This document shows positions 9,021 through 18,384 of a DNA stretch of 36,354 bases, in pieces. Source of the DNA: Ktedonobacterales bacterium (GTDB lineage Bacteria; Chloroflexota; Ktedonobacteria; Ktedonobacterales; JADMIN01); NCBI GenBank assembly GCA_025936795.1, contig JAICSR010000003.1:1-36354 (forward strand), read 5' to 3'. A program made the position numbers and the translations under genes. Numbering within the stretch: position 1 is the first letter of the stretch; each line of letters begins with the position of its first letter. The notes below the pieces were generated by a model. It did no database searches. It was not told the DNA's origin and was given only the letters and a program-made list of their open reading frames with translations.

Positions 9021-9944
9021 CTAGATGCTGCGGGGGCGTGTGGCTTTTGCGGGAGCGAGCGATTCGGCGTCCGCGCTGGGCGGGCGCTCGCAGCTGTCGG
9101 GCGCCGTGGGCGCCGCGGGTGCGATGAAGGCTGGCCCCCAGAGGGTCGCGCTGTCCCAGACGGCGCCCACGCTGGGCGGCGACACCTGCGGCTCGATGTG
9201 ACGCAGGCCCACCTGGCGCAGGCGCTCGCGCAGATGGGCGCGCGCGAGATCGGGCGTGTTATTCGTGCGGCTGAGGTGGCCCAGCCAGACCCAGCGCGGC
9301 GCGTCGTCGAGCACACGCAGCAGCGCATCGCTGGTCTGCTCGTTGGAGAGGTGGCCAGTCGGGCTGAGGATGCGCTGCTTCAGGCGCCAGGGATAGGGGC
9401 CATTCAGCAGGCGGTCGCGGTCATGGTTCGACTCGACCATCAGCAGGCTCGACTCCGCCATCGCCTCGATGATCGGCTCGCTGACCATGCCAGTGTCGGT
9501 GACGAAGCAGAGCCGCCAGGCCCCGGATGAGACGACGTAGCCACACGGCGCGATGGCGTCGTGCGAGACGGGGAAGCTACGCACGCGCAGACCGCCAACC
9601 GCTGTCGTCTGCCCGACGGCAAGCTCGACCCGCTCGACACTGCCCGGCGTGAGCGGCTCAGCCTGCCCACGCGCTGGGGCGGCCAGCACGGCGGCGAGGG
9701 TGCGCGGATCGGCGATCAGTGGCACGCCATAGCGGTGGGCGAAGGCGACGGCGCCGCAGGAGTGGTCGTGATGCTCGTGGGTCAGCAGAATGGCGCTAAT
9801 CTGTTCGGGGACCAGACTGACCTGGCGCAAGCGGCTCACCAGCGTGCGGACGGAGAAACCAGCGTCCAGCAGCACCGTCGTCGGCCCTGCCTGCGCGACG
9901 AGGGCATTCCCGCTGCTGCCGCTGCCTAATGAGACGACCCGCAC
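9021..9944 (-). CDS. MBL-fold metallo-hydrolase, YycJ/WalJ-like
   Basis: LGSGSSGNA, LLDAG, THEHHDH, SHDA, TDTG, ESNHD...YPW.LKQRILS..GHLSN, HLSRTNN. Confidence 0.9.
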   Translation of the reverse strand: MRVVSLGSGSSGNALVAQAGPTTVLLDAGFSVRTLVSRLRQVSLVPEQISAILLTHEHHDHSCGAVAFAHRYGVPLIADPRTLAAVLAAPARGQAEPLTPGSVERVELAVGQTTAVGGLRVRSFPVSHDAIAPCGYVVSSGAWRLCFVTDTGMVSEPIIEAMAESSLLMVESNHDRDRLLNGPYPWRLKQRILSPTGHLSNEQTSDALLRVLDDAPRWVWLGHLSRTNNTPDLARAHLRERLRQVGLRHIEPQVSPPSVGAVWDSATLWGPAFIAPAAPTAPDSCERPPSADAESLAPAKATRPRSI

Positions 9945-10091
9945 ACGACGCCTCCCAGCAATTCCACGTTAACCAACCCGCGCAGGTGCGGGCGCCCTCA
10001 TCGTATCGCCACGAGGGGCGCCGCGACAAGCCGGATGGGACGACTCGTCGCTCACAGAGACACACAGAGCCGCAGGGAGATGGGCAAAGGC

Positions 10092-11588
10092 TCACGGACG
10101 TGCGGCAGAGGGGCGACGGCTGAGTGTCAGCGAAACCTCGCTCCCACGCAGCACAGTTGCGCCGGGACTGGGAGTCTGCGCCAGCACTGCGCCAGGGGCA
10201 ACGCGGCGGCTGGGCTGCTCGCCTGCAATCACCACCGCCAACCCGGCGGCGCGCAGGCGGGTGACGGCAGTGGTCACAGGCAGCGAGCGCACGTCGGGTG
10301 TCGCCAGCATCAGCGCGGTCAGCACAGCGCCGACAGACGTATGCAACTCTTTGCGCTGGCTCTTGCGCTCGGCGTCAGCGCGGCGCTCTTTGTCGGCATT
10401 GATCAGCGCGAAGATGCGCTCCTGGGTTCGACGCGGGTGCGCCATGTTCTCCATCGCGATGTTCGGCGCGCGGCCTGCCGTCTCGACGTTGAGGTGCCCA
10501 TAGCTGAAGAAGCGACCGAGCAATGGCTGGTCAATCGAGACATCCTGCACACTGCGATAGAGTGTCTCGCGCTGATACTTCGCGAAGATGAAGTAGGAGC
10601 GGTCAATGTCAATGATGCGCTGGTTGGTCAGAATGAAGCAATCGTCAATGTAGTTGGCGACAATCAGCATTTCCCAGATGAATGTTCCCAGGCCCGCAAA
10701 CGCCGTGAGAATCCAGGAGAGCGCAACGCCTGAGCTGAACGTGCGCAGCAGCGCCAGCAGCAAGACGACCACCATGCCAATCAGGAACGGGGGCAGCAGC
10801 CGCTGCAGCAGCGTGAACCAGTGGCGATAGAGCCGGTCGAGCACGCGCTCGCCGGGCAGCAGCGCCAGGTCTATCGAGCGATGCAGAAAGCCGCCGTCCA
10901 GTAGATGTGATTGATCGTCGTCGCCAGCATCATCGTCGGCGGCTTCCTCCTCCTCCAGCAGCACCGCCAGCGCCGCATGCACAGCGGGCGCATCGAGCGG
11001 CGACTGCGCGCCCGACGCCGCGTCGGCGCTATGCTTGCCCAGTTTGCCCTGTTGCACCAGCCCGATGGTATACGCGACATCCTCAGGCCCCTGCACCCCC
11101 TGGATGTGGATCGAGCCAGTCGAGCTGGCGGTCATCACGATCACGTCGCCGATGCCTAGCGCATTCGCTGGCGCATTCGTGCGCTCCACCCGAATCGTCT
11201 GGATGCGTGCAATCGAAGCTTCCTGGCGGGTCCGTCGCAGCAGCCCGCGCGTGACGACGAGCCGCTGGTTGGTCAGCACATACCAGCAGACATACCAGCC
11301 CAGACCATCGCGGATCAGCCAGCGCAGCGCCAGAATCGTCGTTAGCCCCATGATGCCGAACTGGATGACGACTGGCGCGAGCAGACCAGATACCGCCAGC
11401 GACATCGAATTGAGGACCGACCAGCCCACCAGGCCAGTGCCCACCGGCCAGAGCATCGCCAGCGGCGTCAGGGGACTTTGCCGCACGGCGAAGATGATCT
11501 CCTCGCCCGATTTGAGCTCAAGCTGGATGGCCAGTGGCAGAATCGGCGGTTCTGTCCGTGGAGTTGCCGGCGTTAAATCTGGAACCAT
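10092..11588 (-). CDS. Membrane protein with two bPH_2 (DUF304-like) domains and a C-terminal PASTA domain
   Basis: Two (2TM + LTNQR...G.G.v.v.TA) units; C-terminal PDVRSLPVTTAVTRLRAAGL...PGAVLAQTPSPGATVLRGSEVSLTLS. Confidence 0.8.
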   Translation of the reverse strand: MVPDLTPATPRTEPPILPLAIQLELKSGEEIIFAVRQSPLTPLAMLWPVGTGLVGWSVLNSMSLAVSGLLAPVVIQFGIMGLTTILALRWLIRDGLGWYVCWYVLTNQRLVVTRGLLRRTRQEASIARIQTIRVERTNAPANALGIGDVIVMTASSTGSIHIQGVQGPEDVAYTIGLVQQGKLGKHSADAASGAQSPLDAPAVHAALAVLLEEEEAADDDAGDDDQSHLLDGGFLHRSIDLALLPGERVLDRLYRHWFTLLQRLLPPFLIGMVVVLLLALLRTFSSGVALSWILTAFAGLGTFIWEMLIVANYIDDCFILTNQRIIDIDRSYFIFAKYQRETLYRSVQDVSIDQPLLGRFFSYGHLNVETAGRAPNIAMENMAHPRRTQERIFALINADKERRADAERKSQRKELHTSVGAVLTALMLATPDVRSLPVTTAVTRLRAAGLAVVIAGEQPSRRVAPGAVLAQTPSPGATVLRGSEVSLTLSRRPSAARP

Positions 11589-11634
11589 GCGACGTCATTC
11601 CTCTGCGACGACTCACCTGCGCCCCATCGACGCG

Positions 11635-12141
11635 CTACTTGCGGACCAGCGCAATCACGAGCAGCACCATCATCCCGACGCCGAAGAGGCCGATGATCCA
11701 CGAGGTCGCCAGCGCTGCAGACGGACTTGTGAGGTTAAACGTCGTCGAGGGGAGCAGTTGGCGTGAGATGTAATACACCACTGCCAGACCGGTGACAGCT
11801 CCCGCTAGCATACCCGAGAGCCGGTGGACGACGACTTTGGGCGTCGCGCCGAAGCGCGTACCGGCGATATCGGCCAGCACAACAAAGGCCACCAGCACCA
11901 GAAAGTCTATGGCGAAAACGCTCGGCGAGCCAAAGGTGATTTTTGGGAAGATCCCCTGGAACAGATCAAGTCCGCTGGCAGTCAGCGCCGCCAGCGCATC
12001 GCCACCACCAATGGTGAGAAACAGCACGCTCGCCAGTGTGATCGCCGTGGTGATGATCTCGCGATGCCATCCCCGCGCGTACCCGCGCGCAGCGGCGATG
12101 ATCATCACCACGAGGAAACACTGATTCTGGGTCATGGTCAT
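11635..12141 (-). CDS. CvpA-like membrane protein
   Basis: GYARGWHREII and HRLSGMLAGAVTG resemble CvpA motifs; about 5 hydrophobic segments; AAGGAG SD. Confidence 0.6.
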   Translation of the reverse strand: MTMTQNQCFLVVMIIAAARGYARGWHREIITTAITLASVLFLTIGGGDALAALTASGLDLFQGIFPKITFGSPSVFAIDFLVLVAFVVLADIAGTRFGATPKVVVHRLSGMLAGAVTGLAVVYYISRQLLPSTTFNLTSPSAALATSWIIGLFGVGMMVLLVIALVRK

Positions 12142-12292
12142 TGCTCACGCTCCTTCTGACGCGAGCCTCGCTCCTTGCCTCGTATCTCGCGCCTGGTCGC
12201 CTTTGTGAGCAAACGGCGTGCCATCCACGCAGTCGGGCCGCTCGTGCGCCTGGGCAATCGAACACTTCAGCATGATTGCTGGCGATGTCAGG

Positions 12293-13594
12293 TCAGGGTG
12301 TGGACGCATCTGGCTGCGCTGTACGCTGTGCAGCCCCTGGCTTGCTCGCCTGCCCTGGCGCGTCGCTCCGCTCGTCATCGGGCGCGGCTGCAGTCGGCGC
12401 GGCGTCTGGCGGAGAGTTGAAGATGTTGAGCGCTGGCTCCGGAAGGTCTTCCTCCGCCTGGTCATCCTCATCGGGGAACTGAGTGGGGTGGCTCTCGCGC
12501 CACTCCATCCAGAGCGCCGAGAGCACCACCTGGACGATGCCTGCAATCGGCGCAGCGAAGAGCGCGCCCCACAGCCCAAAGACCTCGCCGCCCACCAGCA
12601 GCGCGACGATGGAGATCGCCGGATGCAAGCCCAGTGAGCGACCGAGCACGCGCGGCCCGACGACATAGCCTTCGATGATGTGGATGAAGATGAAATACAC
12701 CAGAATGATGATCATCGTCACCCAGCCCAGCGAGGCGCCGACCAGCAGGCAGGCGACGGCTGAGAACAGCGGCCCCAGGAAGGGGATAAACTCGAAGAAG
12801 AAGGCCAGTACGCCGAGCAGTGTCGCGAAGGGTACGCCGATGAACTGCATACCCACGCCGACCAGCACGCCGATCAGTGTGCAGAGGATCAATTCGCCGC
12901 GAACGTAGCCGCCAGCGACACGCTCGAACGTGCCGAGCATGAACTCGCCGCGTGTGCGCTGGCTCAAAGGCAGATCATGGCGCAGCCAGGCGATAATACG
13001 TGGTCCATCAATCAGCAGATAGATGCTGAGGACGGTGACGAGCACGATATCGAGCAGGCCGCTGAAGAGACCGGTGACGATGGTGGCGGCGGCGCCCGCT
13101 GCGCCCTCGAGCTGGTGGGTCGCCCAGTCGCGCGCGGCGGCAATCTGGCTGGCGGAGACGCCGAAGCGATTCAGCGCGCGGAAGAGCGGCGTATTGGCGC
13201 TGGCGGCGTTGGGCGAGAGGACCGACGTCACCTGCGTCGCCAGAGCGGTGACTTCGGTGATGATGGCGGAGATGAGCAGCGAGAACACAGCCGCGACAAT
13301 CGCCAGGACGACGGCGTAGACGATGATAACCGAGAGCCACTTCGGCAGCCTACGATGCAGCAGCGCCACGCCAGGTGCGAGCGCATAGGCGAAGAGCGCC
13401 GCCAGCGCGAGCATCAGCAGCGTATGCACAATGTGCGATGCGAGCCAGAGGACGCCCGCGATGACCAGTGACCAGCCCAGAATCGAGAGCGCCATATCAC
13501 GGCGACGCGCCCACTTTTCCTCCGCGCTGTGCTGCGGGCGCGGTGAGCGCGCGGGGCGCTGAGGATTGGTCGGCGGGTTCCTCCGCGCAATCAT
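12293..13594 (-). CDS. AI-2E (UPF0118) family transporter
   Basis: LFAYALAPGV, YLLIDG, GGYVRGEL, EFIPFLGP, EGYVVGPRVLGRSLGLHP, GGEVFGLWGALFAAP. Confidence 0.93.
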   Translation of the reverse strand: MIARRNPPTNPQRPARSPRPQHSAEEKWARRRDMALSILGWSLVIAGVLWLASHIVHTLLMLALAALFAYALAPGVALLHRRLPKWLSVIIVYAVVLAIVAAVFSLLISAIITEVTALATQVTSVLSPNAASANTPLFRALNRFGVSASQIAAARDWATHQLEGAAGAAATIVTGLFSGLLDIVLVTVLSIYLLIDGPRIIAWLRHDLPLSQRTRGEFMLGTFERVAGGYVRGELILCTLIGVLVGVGMQFIGVPFATLLGVLAFFFEFIPFLGPLFSAVACLLVGASLGWVTMIIILVYFIFIHIIEGYVVGPRVLGRSLGLHPAISIVALLVGGEVFGLWGALFAAPIAGIVQVVLSALWMEWRESHPTQFPDEDDQAEEDLPEPALNIFNSPPDAAPTAAAPDDERSDAPGQASKPGAAQRTAQPDASTP

Positions 13595-13817
13595 GCACAA
13601 CTCCTCTTTGACATCCAGCGTCCTCTCCCCCGCTCAGCGCAAACCGCGCCGGACGCGCCGGGCGCGGCAGGAACACCTGGCGTCAGGCGCATTCTGGGGG
13701 CCGCATGCAGCGTCGCATCGCCGGTTTCCGTCGCCTCTGGAGGAAAGGTGAACTGGGCGGAGCGATGAACGCCGATAGGGCGTTCGTCCCAGATGCTATG
13801 CGGGTTCAGCCGCATTA

Positions 13818-13828
13818 TGTGGTATACT
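13818..13828 (+). promoter_or_regulatory. Extended -10 promoter upstream of gyrA
   Basis: TGTGgTATACT about 170 nt before the ATG. Confidence 0.55.
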
Positions 13829-13999
13829 TATCAGGATAGTGACACGGCGCATATGAGCGAAAATAGCAGCACACCCATCGGCGCCCTACGGCCCTGTTGA
13901 GAGCAGACGGCGCACTCTGGTTCGCCGTCTTGTTCGAGCATATAGCACGTTGCGCGCCGTTCGTGGGCGCCGCTCGCGCCAGAGGAGGAACTTCCCCGC

Positions 14000-16900
14000 A
14001 TGGAGCTGGGTATTATCAAGCCAGTGGGCATCGTTGACGAGATGACGGGCGCCTACCTGGACTATTCGATGAGCGTCATCGTGAGCCGGGCGCTGCCTGA
14101 TGTGCGCGATGGCCTCAAGCCCGTCCATCGGCGTGTACTCTACGCGATGGAGCAGATGGGGCTACAATCCAACCGCGCGCCGCGTAAGTGCGCCGGCATC
14201 GTCGGCGAGGTGCTGAAAGAGTACCACCCACACGGCGACGCGGCGGTGTACGACACGCTGGTGCGTCTGACGCAGCCATGGGCGATGCGCTATCCACTGG
14301 CGATTGGCCAGGGCAACTTCGGGTCGATCGATGACGATCCGCCGGCTGCGATGAGATATTGTGTAACAGGCGATACACTGGTTGTGACAGATGCTGGCCT
14401 CATGCCGATTGAGCAGATGTCGCAGACAGGAAGCGAAGATATCAATGCTCGAGTTCTCTCACGCGATGGAGCCGTGAACACTGCGAGTAAGTGGTGGGAC
14501 TCTGGAGTCTTTCCAACCTGGAGAGTACGAACACAGCGGGGTTATGAGGTGACAGGAACCTCGAATCATCCATTGCTGGTTGCTGTGCCAGGTGAAAACG
14601 ATGGGCGCATCACACTTGTCTGGAAGACCATAGCCCAGCTTATACCGGGCGACTTCGTTGTCATGGATCGTAGCGAATCACTCTGGCCTGAGCAGTCCGT
14701 TGACCTGCGGGCATTGTGGCCATTATTTGCCGGAAACCGAGTCCAGCCACACACTCTGCCTGAACGACTTGACGACGATCTGGCGTTCCTCATGGGCGCG
14801 TTGCTTGCTGAAGGAACGTTTCGCACTGAAGCGGTTGAGTTCACAAACACGGAGGGAGATTTCGCCGACAGGTTTATCGAGACCTGGCAGCGCGTTTTCC
14901 CCACCTGCCGCCTGCATATCTTCAAGCGCGAGCCGATTGGCTACGGGAAGAAGCCGTTTCTTCAGATACAGATTGTCAGCCAGCGTGTCATTGCGTTCTT
15001 GAACGCATTGGGGTTGTCTGGCCGCTCGGCCCAGCGACAAATACCAGCAGCCATTTTGCGCTCTCCACAGACCGTAGCTGCGGCTTTCTTGCGTGGCCTA
15101 TTCGAGGGCGATGGAGCAGTGGAGCATTCGGGTAGTAGTCTGTTGCGCGTCAATCTCTCGGCGCGCAACCAGACAATGCTCAAGCAGGCGCAAACGTTGT
15201 TGCTGCGTTTCGGAGTGGCCTCGTCTATATTCCCGGATGTGACTCGACAGATGTTCCGGCTCTGCATCACTGGCCAGGAGAACCTCAGCGCATTCGAGAC
15301 GAAAGTAGGCTTCGTATCGTCCATGAAGCGCGAGGCGCTCAAGCTTATCCTGGGGCTTCATACCGGCGTTGTCCTGTCGAAGAGTGATTACATGCCCTTC
15401 CTCAGTGACTATGTGCGACTTGTAGCGGCGCGGGGCCAGCGCGAGTGGCTGTCGAAACACAATGTTGACCGCACAAATCGCCTCGTAGCGGTTTTGCCAC
15501 GCCTTGAACAAGCGCTGCCTACTGTTGACTATGCCTACATCGAGCAACTCGTTCGGCAGCGATATCTGTTTGAGCGAGTCGTCAGCATCGAAGATGCAGG
15601 AGAACAGCGTGTCTATTCGGTGCGCGTAGACAGTGAATGCCATTCGTTTGTTGCGAACGGCTTCATCAATCACAACACCGAAGCAAAGATGTCGGCCATC
15701 GCGGCGGAGTTGCTGGCGGACATTGACAAGGACACTGTTGACTTCATCCCGAACTACGACGGCCACAGCCAGGAGCCAGTGGTGTTGCCTGCGCGCCTGC
15801 CCAACCTGCTGCTGAATGGCGCGGCGGGCATCGCCGTCGGCATGGCGACGAACATCCCGCCACACAATCTGCGCGAGTTGTGCGACGGCATTACCTGGCT
15901 GATTGACCACCCAGATGCGGCGACCGAGGACCTGACGCGCATCATCCGTGGGCCAGACTTCCCCACGGGCGGCATCATTCAGGGTCGCGAGGGCATCCGG
16001 CAGGCCTACACGACCGGGCGCGGGCGCATTGTCGTGCGTGCGAAGGCCCACACCGAGGAGACCGAGCGCGGCAAGGTAAGCATCATCGTCACCGAGCTGC
16101 CGTATCAGGTCAACAAGGCCGATCTGGTTAAGAAGATCAGCGAGTTGGCGCGCGACAAGAAGATTGACGGCATCACCGATGTGCGCGACGAGTCCGACCG
16201 CCAGGGCATCCGCGTAGTGATTGACCTGCGACGCGATGCGCGGCAGATCAGCGTGCTGAATCAGCTCTTCAAGTACACCTCGATGCAGACGACCTTTGGC
16301 GCGAACGTGCTGGCGCTGGTGGACAACCAGCCGCGCACCCTGACGCTCAAGGCGATCTTGCAGCACTACATCGCCTATCGCGAGCAGGTCATCCTGCGGC
16401 GCACACGCTTCGATCTGGCCAAAGCCGAGGCGCGCAAGCATATCCTCGACGGCTTGACGACCGCCCTGGAGAACCTCGACGCGGTGATCGAGACGATTCG
16501 CCGCTCGCAGAATCGTGAGACCGCCTCGAACAACCTGCGCACCCGCTTCAAGTTGAGCGAAGAGCAGACGAAGGCGATCCTCGATATGCAGCTTGGCCGC
16601 CTGGCCGCGCTCGAACGCAAAAAGGTTCAGGACGAGCTGGTTGAGATCAAGCGAGCCATCGGCGAATTGCAGCGCGTGCTGAACAGCATCGCTGAGGTGC
16701 GCGCGCTCATCAAACAGGACCTCCTGGAACTGCGCGAGAAGTATGGCGACCCGCGCCGCACCGAGATCGCCGAGCTTGAGGCGGCTGACTTCACCGAGGA
16801 AGACCTCATCCCCAACGACGAGGTGGTGGTGACACTGACGCAAAACGGCTATATCAAGCGCATTGTGACGAAGGAGTATCGCGCGCAGCGACGCGGCGGT

Positions 16901-17818
16901 CGCGGCTCACGCGGCATGGCGACACGCGAGGACGATACCGTCCGGCATCTGCTCTGCGCCCACAACCACGACTCGCTGCTCTTCTTCACGAATCGCGGGC
17001 GTGTCTTCCAGTTGAAGACGTGGGGGCTGCCTGATGTCGGGCGCGCCGCCAAGGGCGAGCATATCCGCAACCTGATCGGCATTGACCAGGATGAGGCGGT
17101 CACAGCGGTCGTCTGCGTGCCGAAGTTCATCGCACGCGACTACATGGTGATGGCGACCAAGCGTGGCGAGGTCAAGAAGACCAGCCTCGATGAGTTCGCC
17201 GTCGTGCGCAGCCTGGGTCTGATCGCGATGGACCTGGAGCCAGGCGACGAACTCATCGGCGCACGGCTGGTCAGCGCGAACGATACCGTGCTGCTGGTGA
17301 CGGAGCGCGGGCAGGCGATTCGCTTTGAGGTGCAGGAGCTACGCGCCGCCTCGCGCACCAGCGGTGGTGTGCGCGGCATCCGGGTGGAGAATCACGATCA
17401 GGTGGTGGCGCTCTGCGCAGTGCCAGAAAACGCCAACCCAGAGCTACTGGTGGTCACCTTCAATGGCTATGGCAAGCGCACCCCGCTCAACGAGTATCCC
17501 GTGCATGGGCGCGGCGGCGGCGGTGTGATTACCGCGCGACTGACCGACAAGACGGGGTCGCTGGCGGTGGCGCGCATCCTGACCGAGGACGATCTCGACC
17601 TGATGATCATCTCCGCTGAGGGAACCGTCATCCGCACCGACTGGCATACCGTCGCGCAGACCTCGCGCCCGACGCAGGGTGTGCGGCTGATGCGCCTCGA
17701 CGCGGGCGACCGCGTGGTGGCGGCGGCGACCATCTTTGGCGACGACGACGATGATGCGCTGCAAGCGACACTCCTCGTCGAAGGCGATGACGACGACGAC
17801 GAGCCGACCGGCAAATAG
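14000..17818 (+). CDS. gyrA: DNA gyrase subunit A precursor, intein-containing
   Basis: [38 protein letters not shown]|[17 protein letters not shown]; GyrA box QRRGGRG; C-terminal pinwheel repeats and acidic tail. Confidence 0.97.
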   Translation: MELGIIKPVGIVDEMTGAYLDYSMSVIVSRALPDVRDGLKPVHRRVLYAMEQMGLQSNRAPRKCAGIVGEVLKEYHPHGDAAVYDTLVRLTQPWAMRYPLAIGQGNFGSIDDDPPAAMRYCVTGDTLVVTDAGLMPIEQMSQTGSEDINARVLSRDGAVNTASKWWDSGVFPTWRVRTQRGYEVTGTSNHPLLVAVPGENDGRITLVWKTIAQLIPGDFVVMDRSESLWPEQSVDLRALWPLFAGNRVQPHTLPERLDDDLAFLMGALLAEGTFRTEAVEFTNTEGDFADRFIETWQRVFPTCRLHIFKREPIGYGKKPFLQIQIVSQRVIAFLNALGLSGRSAQRQIPAAILRSPQTVAAAFLRGLFEGDGAVEHSGSSLLRVNLSARNQTMLKQAQTLLLRFGVASSIFPDVTRQMFRLCITGQENLSAFETKVGFVSSMKREALKLILGLHTGVVLSKSDYMPFLSDYVRLVAARGQREWLSKHNVDRTNRLVAVLPRLEQALPTVDYAYIEQLVRQRYLFERVVSIEDAGEQRVYSVRVDSECHSFVANGFINHNTEAKMSAIAAELLADIDKDTVDFIPNYDGHSQEPVVLPARLPNLLLNGAAGIAVGMATNIPPHNLRELCDGITWLIDHPDAATEDLTRIIRGPDFPTGGIIQGREGIRQAYTTGRGRIVVRAKAHTEETERGKVSIIVTELPYQVNKADLVKKISELARDKKIDGITDVRDESDRQGIRVVIDLRRDARQISVLNQLFKYTSMQTTFGANVLALVDNQPRTLTLKAILQHYIAYREQVILRRTRFDLAKAEARKHILDGLTTALENLDAVIETIRRSQNRETASNNLRTRFKLSEEQTKAILDMQLGRLAALERKKVQDELVEIKRAIGELQRVLNSIAEVRALIKQDLLELREKYGDPRRTEIAELEAADFTEEDLIPNDEVVVTLTQNGYIKRIVTKEYRAQRRGGRGSRGMATREDDTVRHLLCAHNHDSLLFFTNRGRVFQLKTWGLPDVGRAAKGEHIRNLIGIDQDEAVTAVVCVPKFIARDYMVMATKRGEVKKTSLDEFAVVRSLGLIAMDLEPGDELIGARLVSANDTVLLVTERGQAIRFEVQELRAASRTSGGVRGIRVENHDQVVALCAVPENANPELLVVTFNGYGKRTPLNEYPVHGRGGGGVITARLTDKTGSLAVARILTEDDLDLMIISAEGTVIRTDWHTVAQTSRPTQGVRLMRLDAGDRVVAAATIFGDDDDDALQATLLVEGDDDDDEPTGK
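14360..15676 (+). mobile_element. Intein (439 aa) with LAGLIDADG/DOD homing endonuclease
   Basis: Block A CVTGDTLV, block [22 protein letters not shown] and [12 protein letters not shown], terminal VYSVRVD...[10 protein letters not shown] followed by Thr; less GC-biased than the exteins. Confidence 0.96.
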
Positions 17819-17840
17819 CGGTCGCTCGTCGCAGCAGGCG

Positions 17841-17882
17841 GCTGGCGCGATATGGTATACTTGAAGTCCATATCGCGCCAGC
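17841..17882. promoter_or_regulatory. 15-bp perfect inverted repeat enclosing an extended -10 element
   Basis: gctggcgcgatatgg-tatacttgaagt-ccatatcgcgccagc; TGgTATACT at 17853-17861. Confidence 0.6.
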
Positions 17883-17984
17883 GTCGGCCAGCTTGCGAGA
17901 CGACGCAGCGTTGCTGTGCGAGCAAGCAATCAGGACAGGGCAACCAACCAGCGCGACTCAAGACAGACAGGGGACGAGAGAGAC

Positions 17985-18173
17985 ATGGCAAAGAAGGGCG
18001 AGCTTTCTAAGACGGCGCGCGCCTCGATGGCGCAGCGCGACGATACCAACTTCGCGACCGACCGCATCTGCGAGCAGTGCGGCGAGCGCATCATGCTCAA
18101 GGAGCTGATGCCGGTGAAGGTGGTTGGTCAGGGGATGGTGTACTACCACAAGAACCACTTCGCCGCCTCCTAA
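17985..18173 (+). CDS. Small hypothetical protein (62 aa) with CxxC...HxxH motif
   Basis: MAKKGELSK...ICEQCGERI...YYHKNHF; strongly GC3-biased codons, purine-rich leader, downstream terminator. Confidence 0.8.
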   Translation: MAKKGELSKTARASMAQRDDTNFATDRICEQCGERIMLKELMPVKVVGQGMVYYHKNHFAAS

Positions 18174-18231
18174 CCGCTCGATCACTGGCGGGCCAGGCGC
18201 GGAGCATCGAGGCTCTACGCCTGGCTCGGAT

Positions 18232-18266
18232 CAGAAAAGCCTCCGCAGTGTGCGGAGGCTTTTCTG
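18232..18266. terminator. Bidirectional intrinsic terminator
   Basis: cagaaaagcctccgca-gtg-tgcggaggcttttctg. Confidence 0.9.
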
Positions 18267-18316
18267 TCGGCTGATGAGCAGACAGGCATCATACCAGTGA
18301 TGATGTCGCTCTAACT

Positions 18317-18345
18317 TTGACGGACACGTCTATCTTCGGTAGTAT
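18317..18345 (+). promoter_or_regulatory. Sigma-A type promoter of MFS gene
   Basis: TTGACG-17 nt-TAGTAT. Confidence 0.6.
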
Positions 18346-18384
18346 CTACAAGAACAGCTTTGTTTCTTCCTTCAGAGGTTCGGC

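Noticed and set aside
15098-16843. 581-aa minus-strand ORF and similar long antisense ORFs (921-2012, 6702-8009, 20323-21474)
   Set aside because: They lie opposite well-supported genes, which is expected in high-GC DNA, and show no family motifs.
14000-17818. ParC instead of GyrA
   Set aside because: GyrA box QRRGGRG and acidic tail are present.
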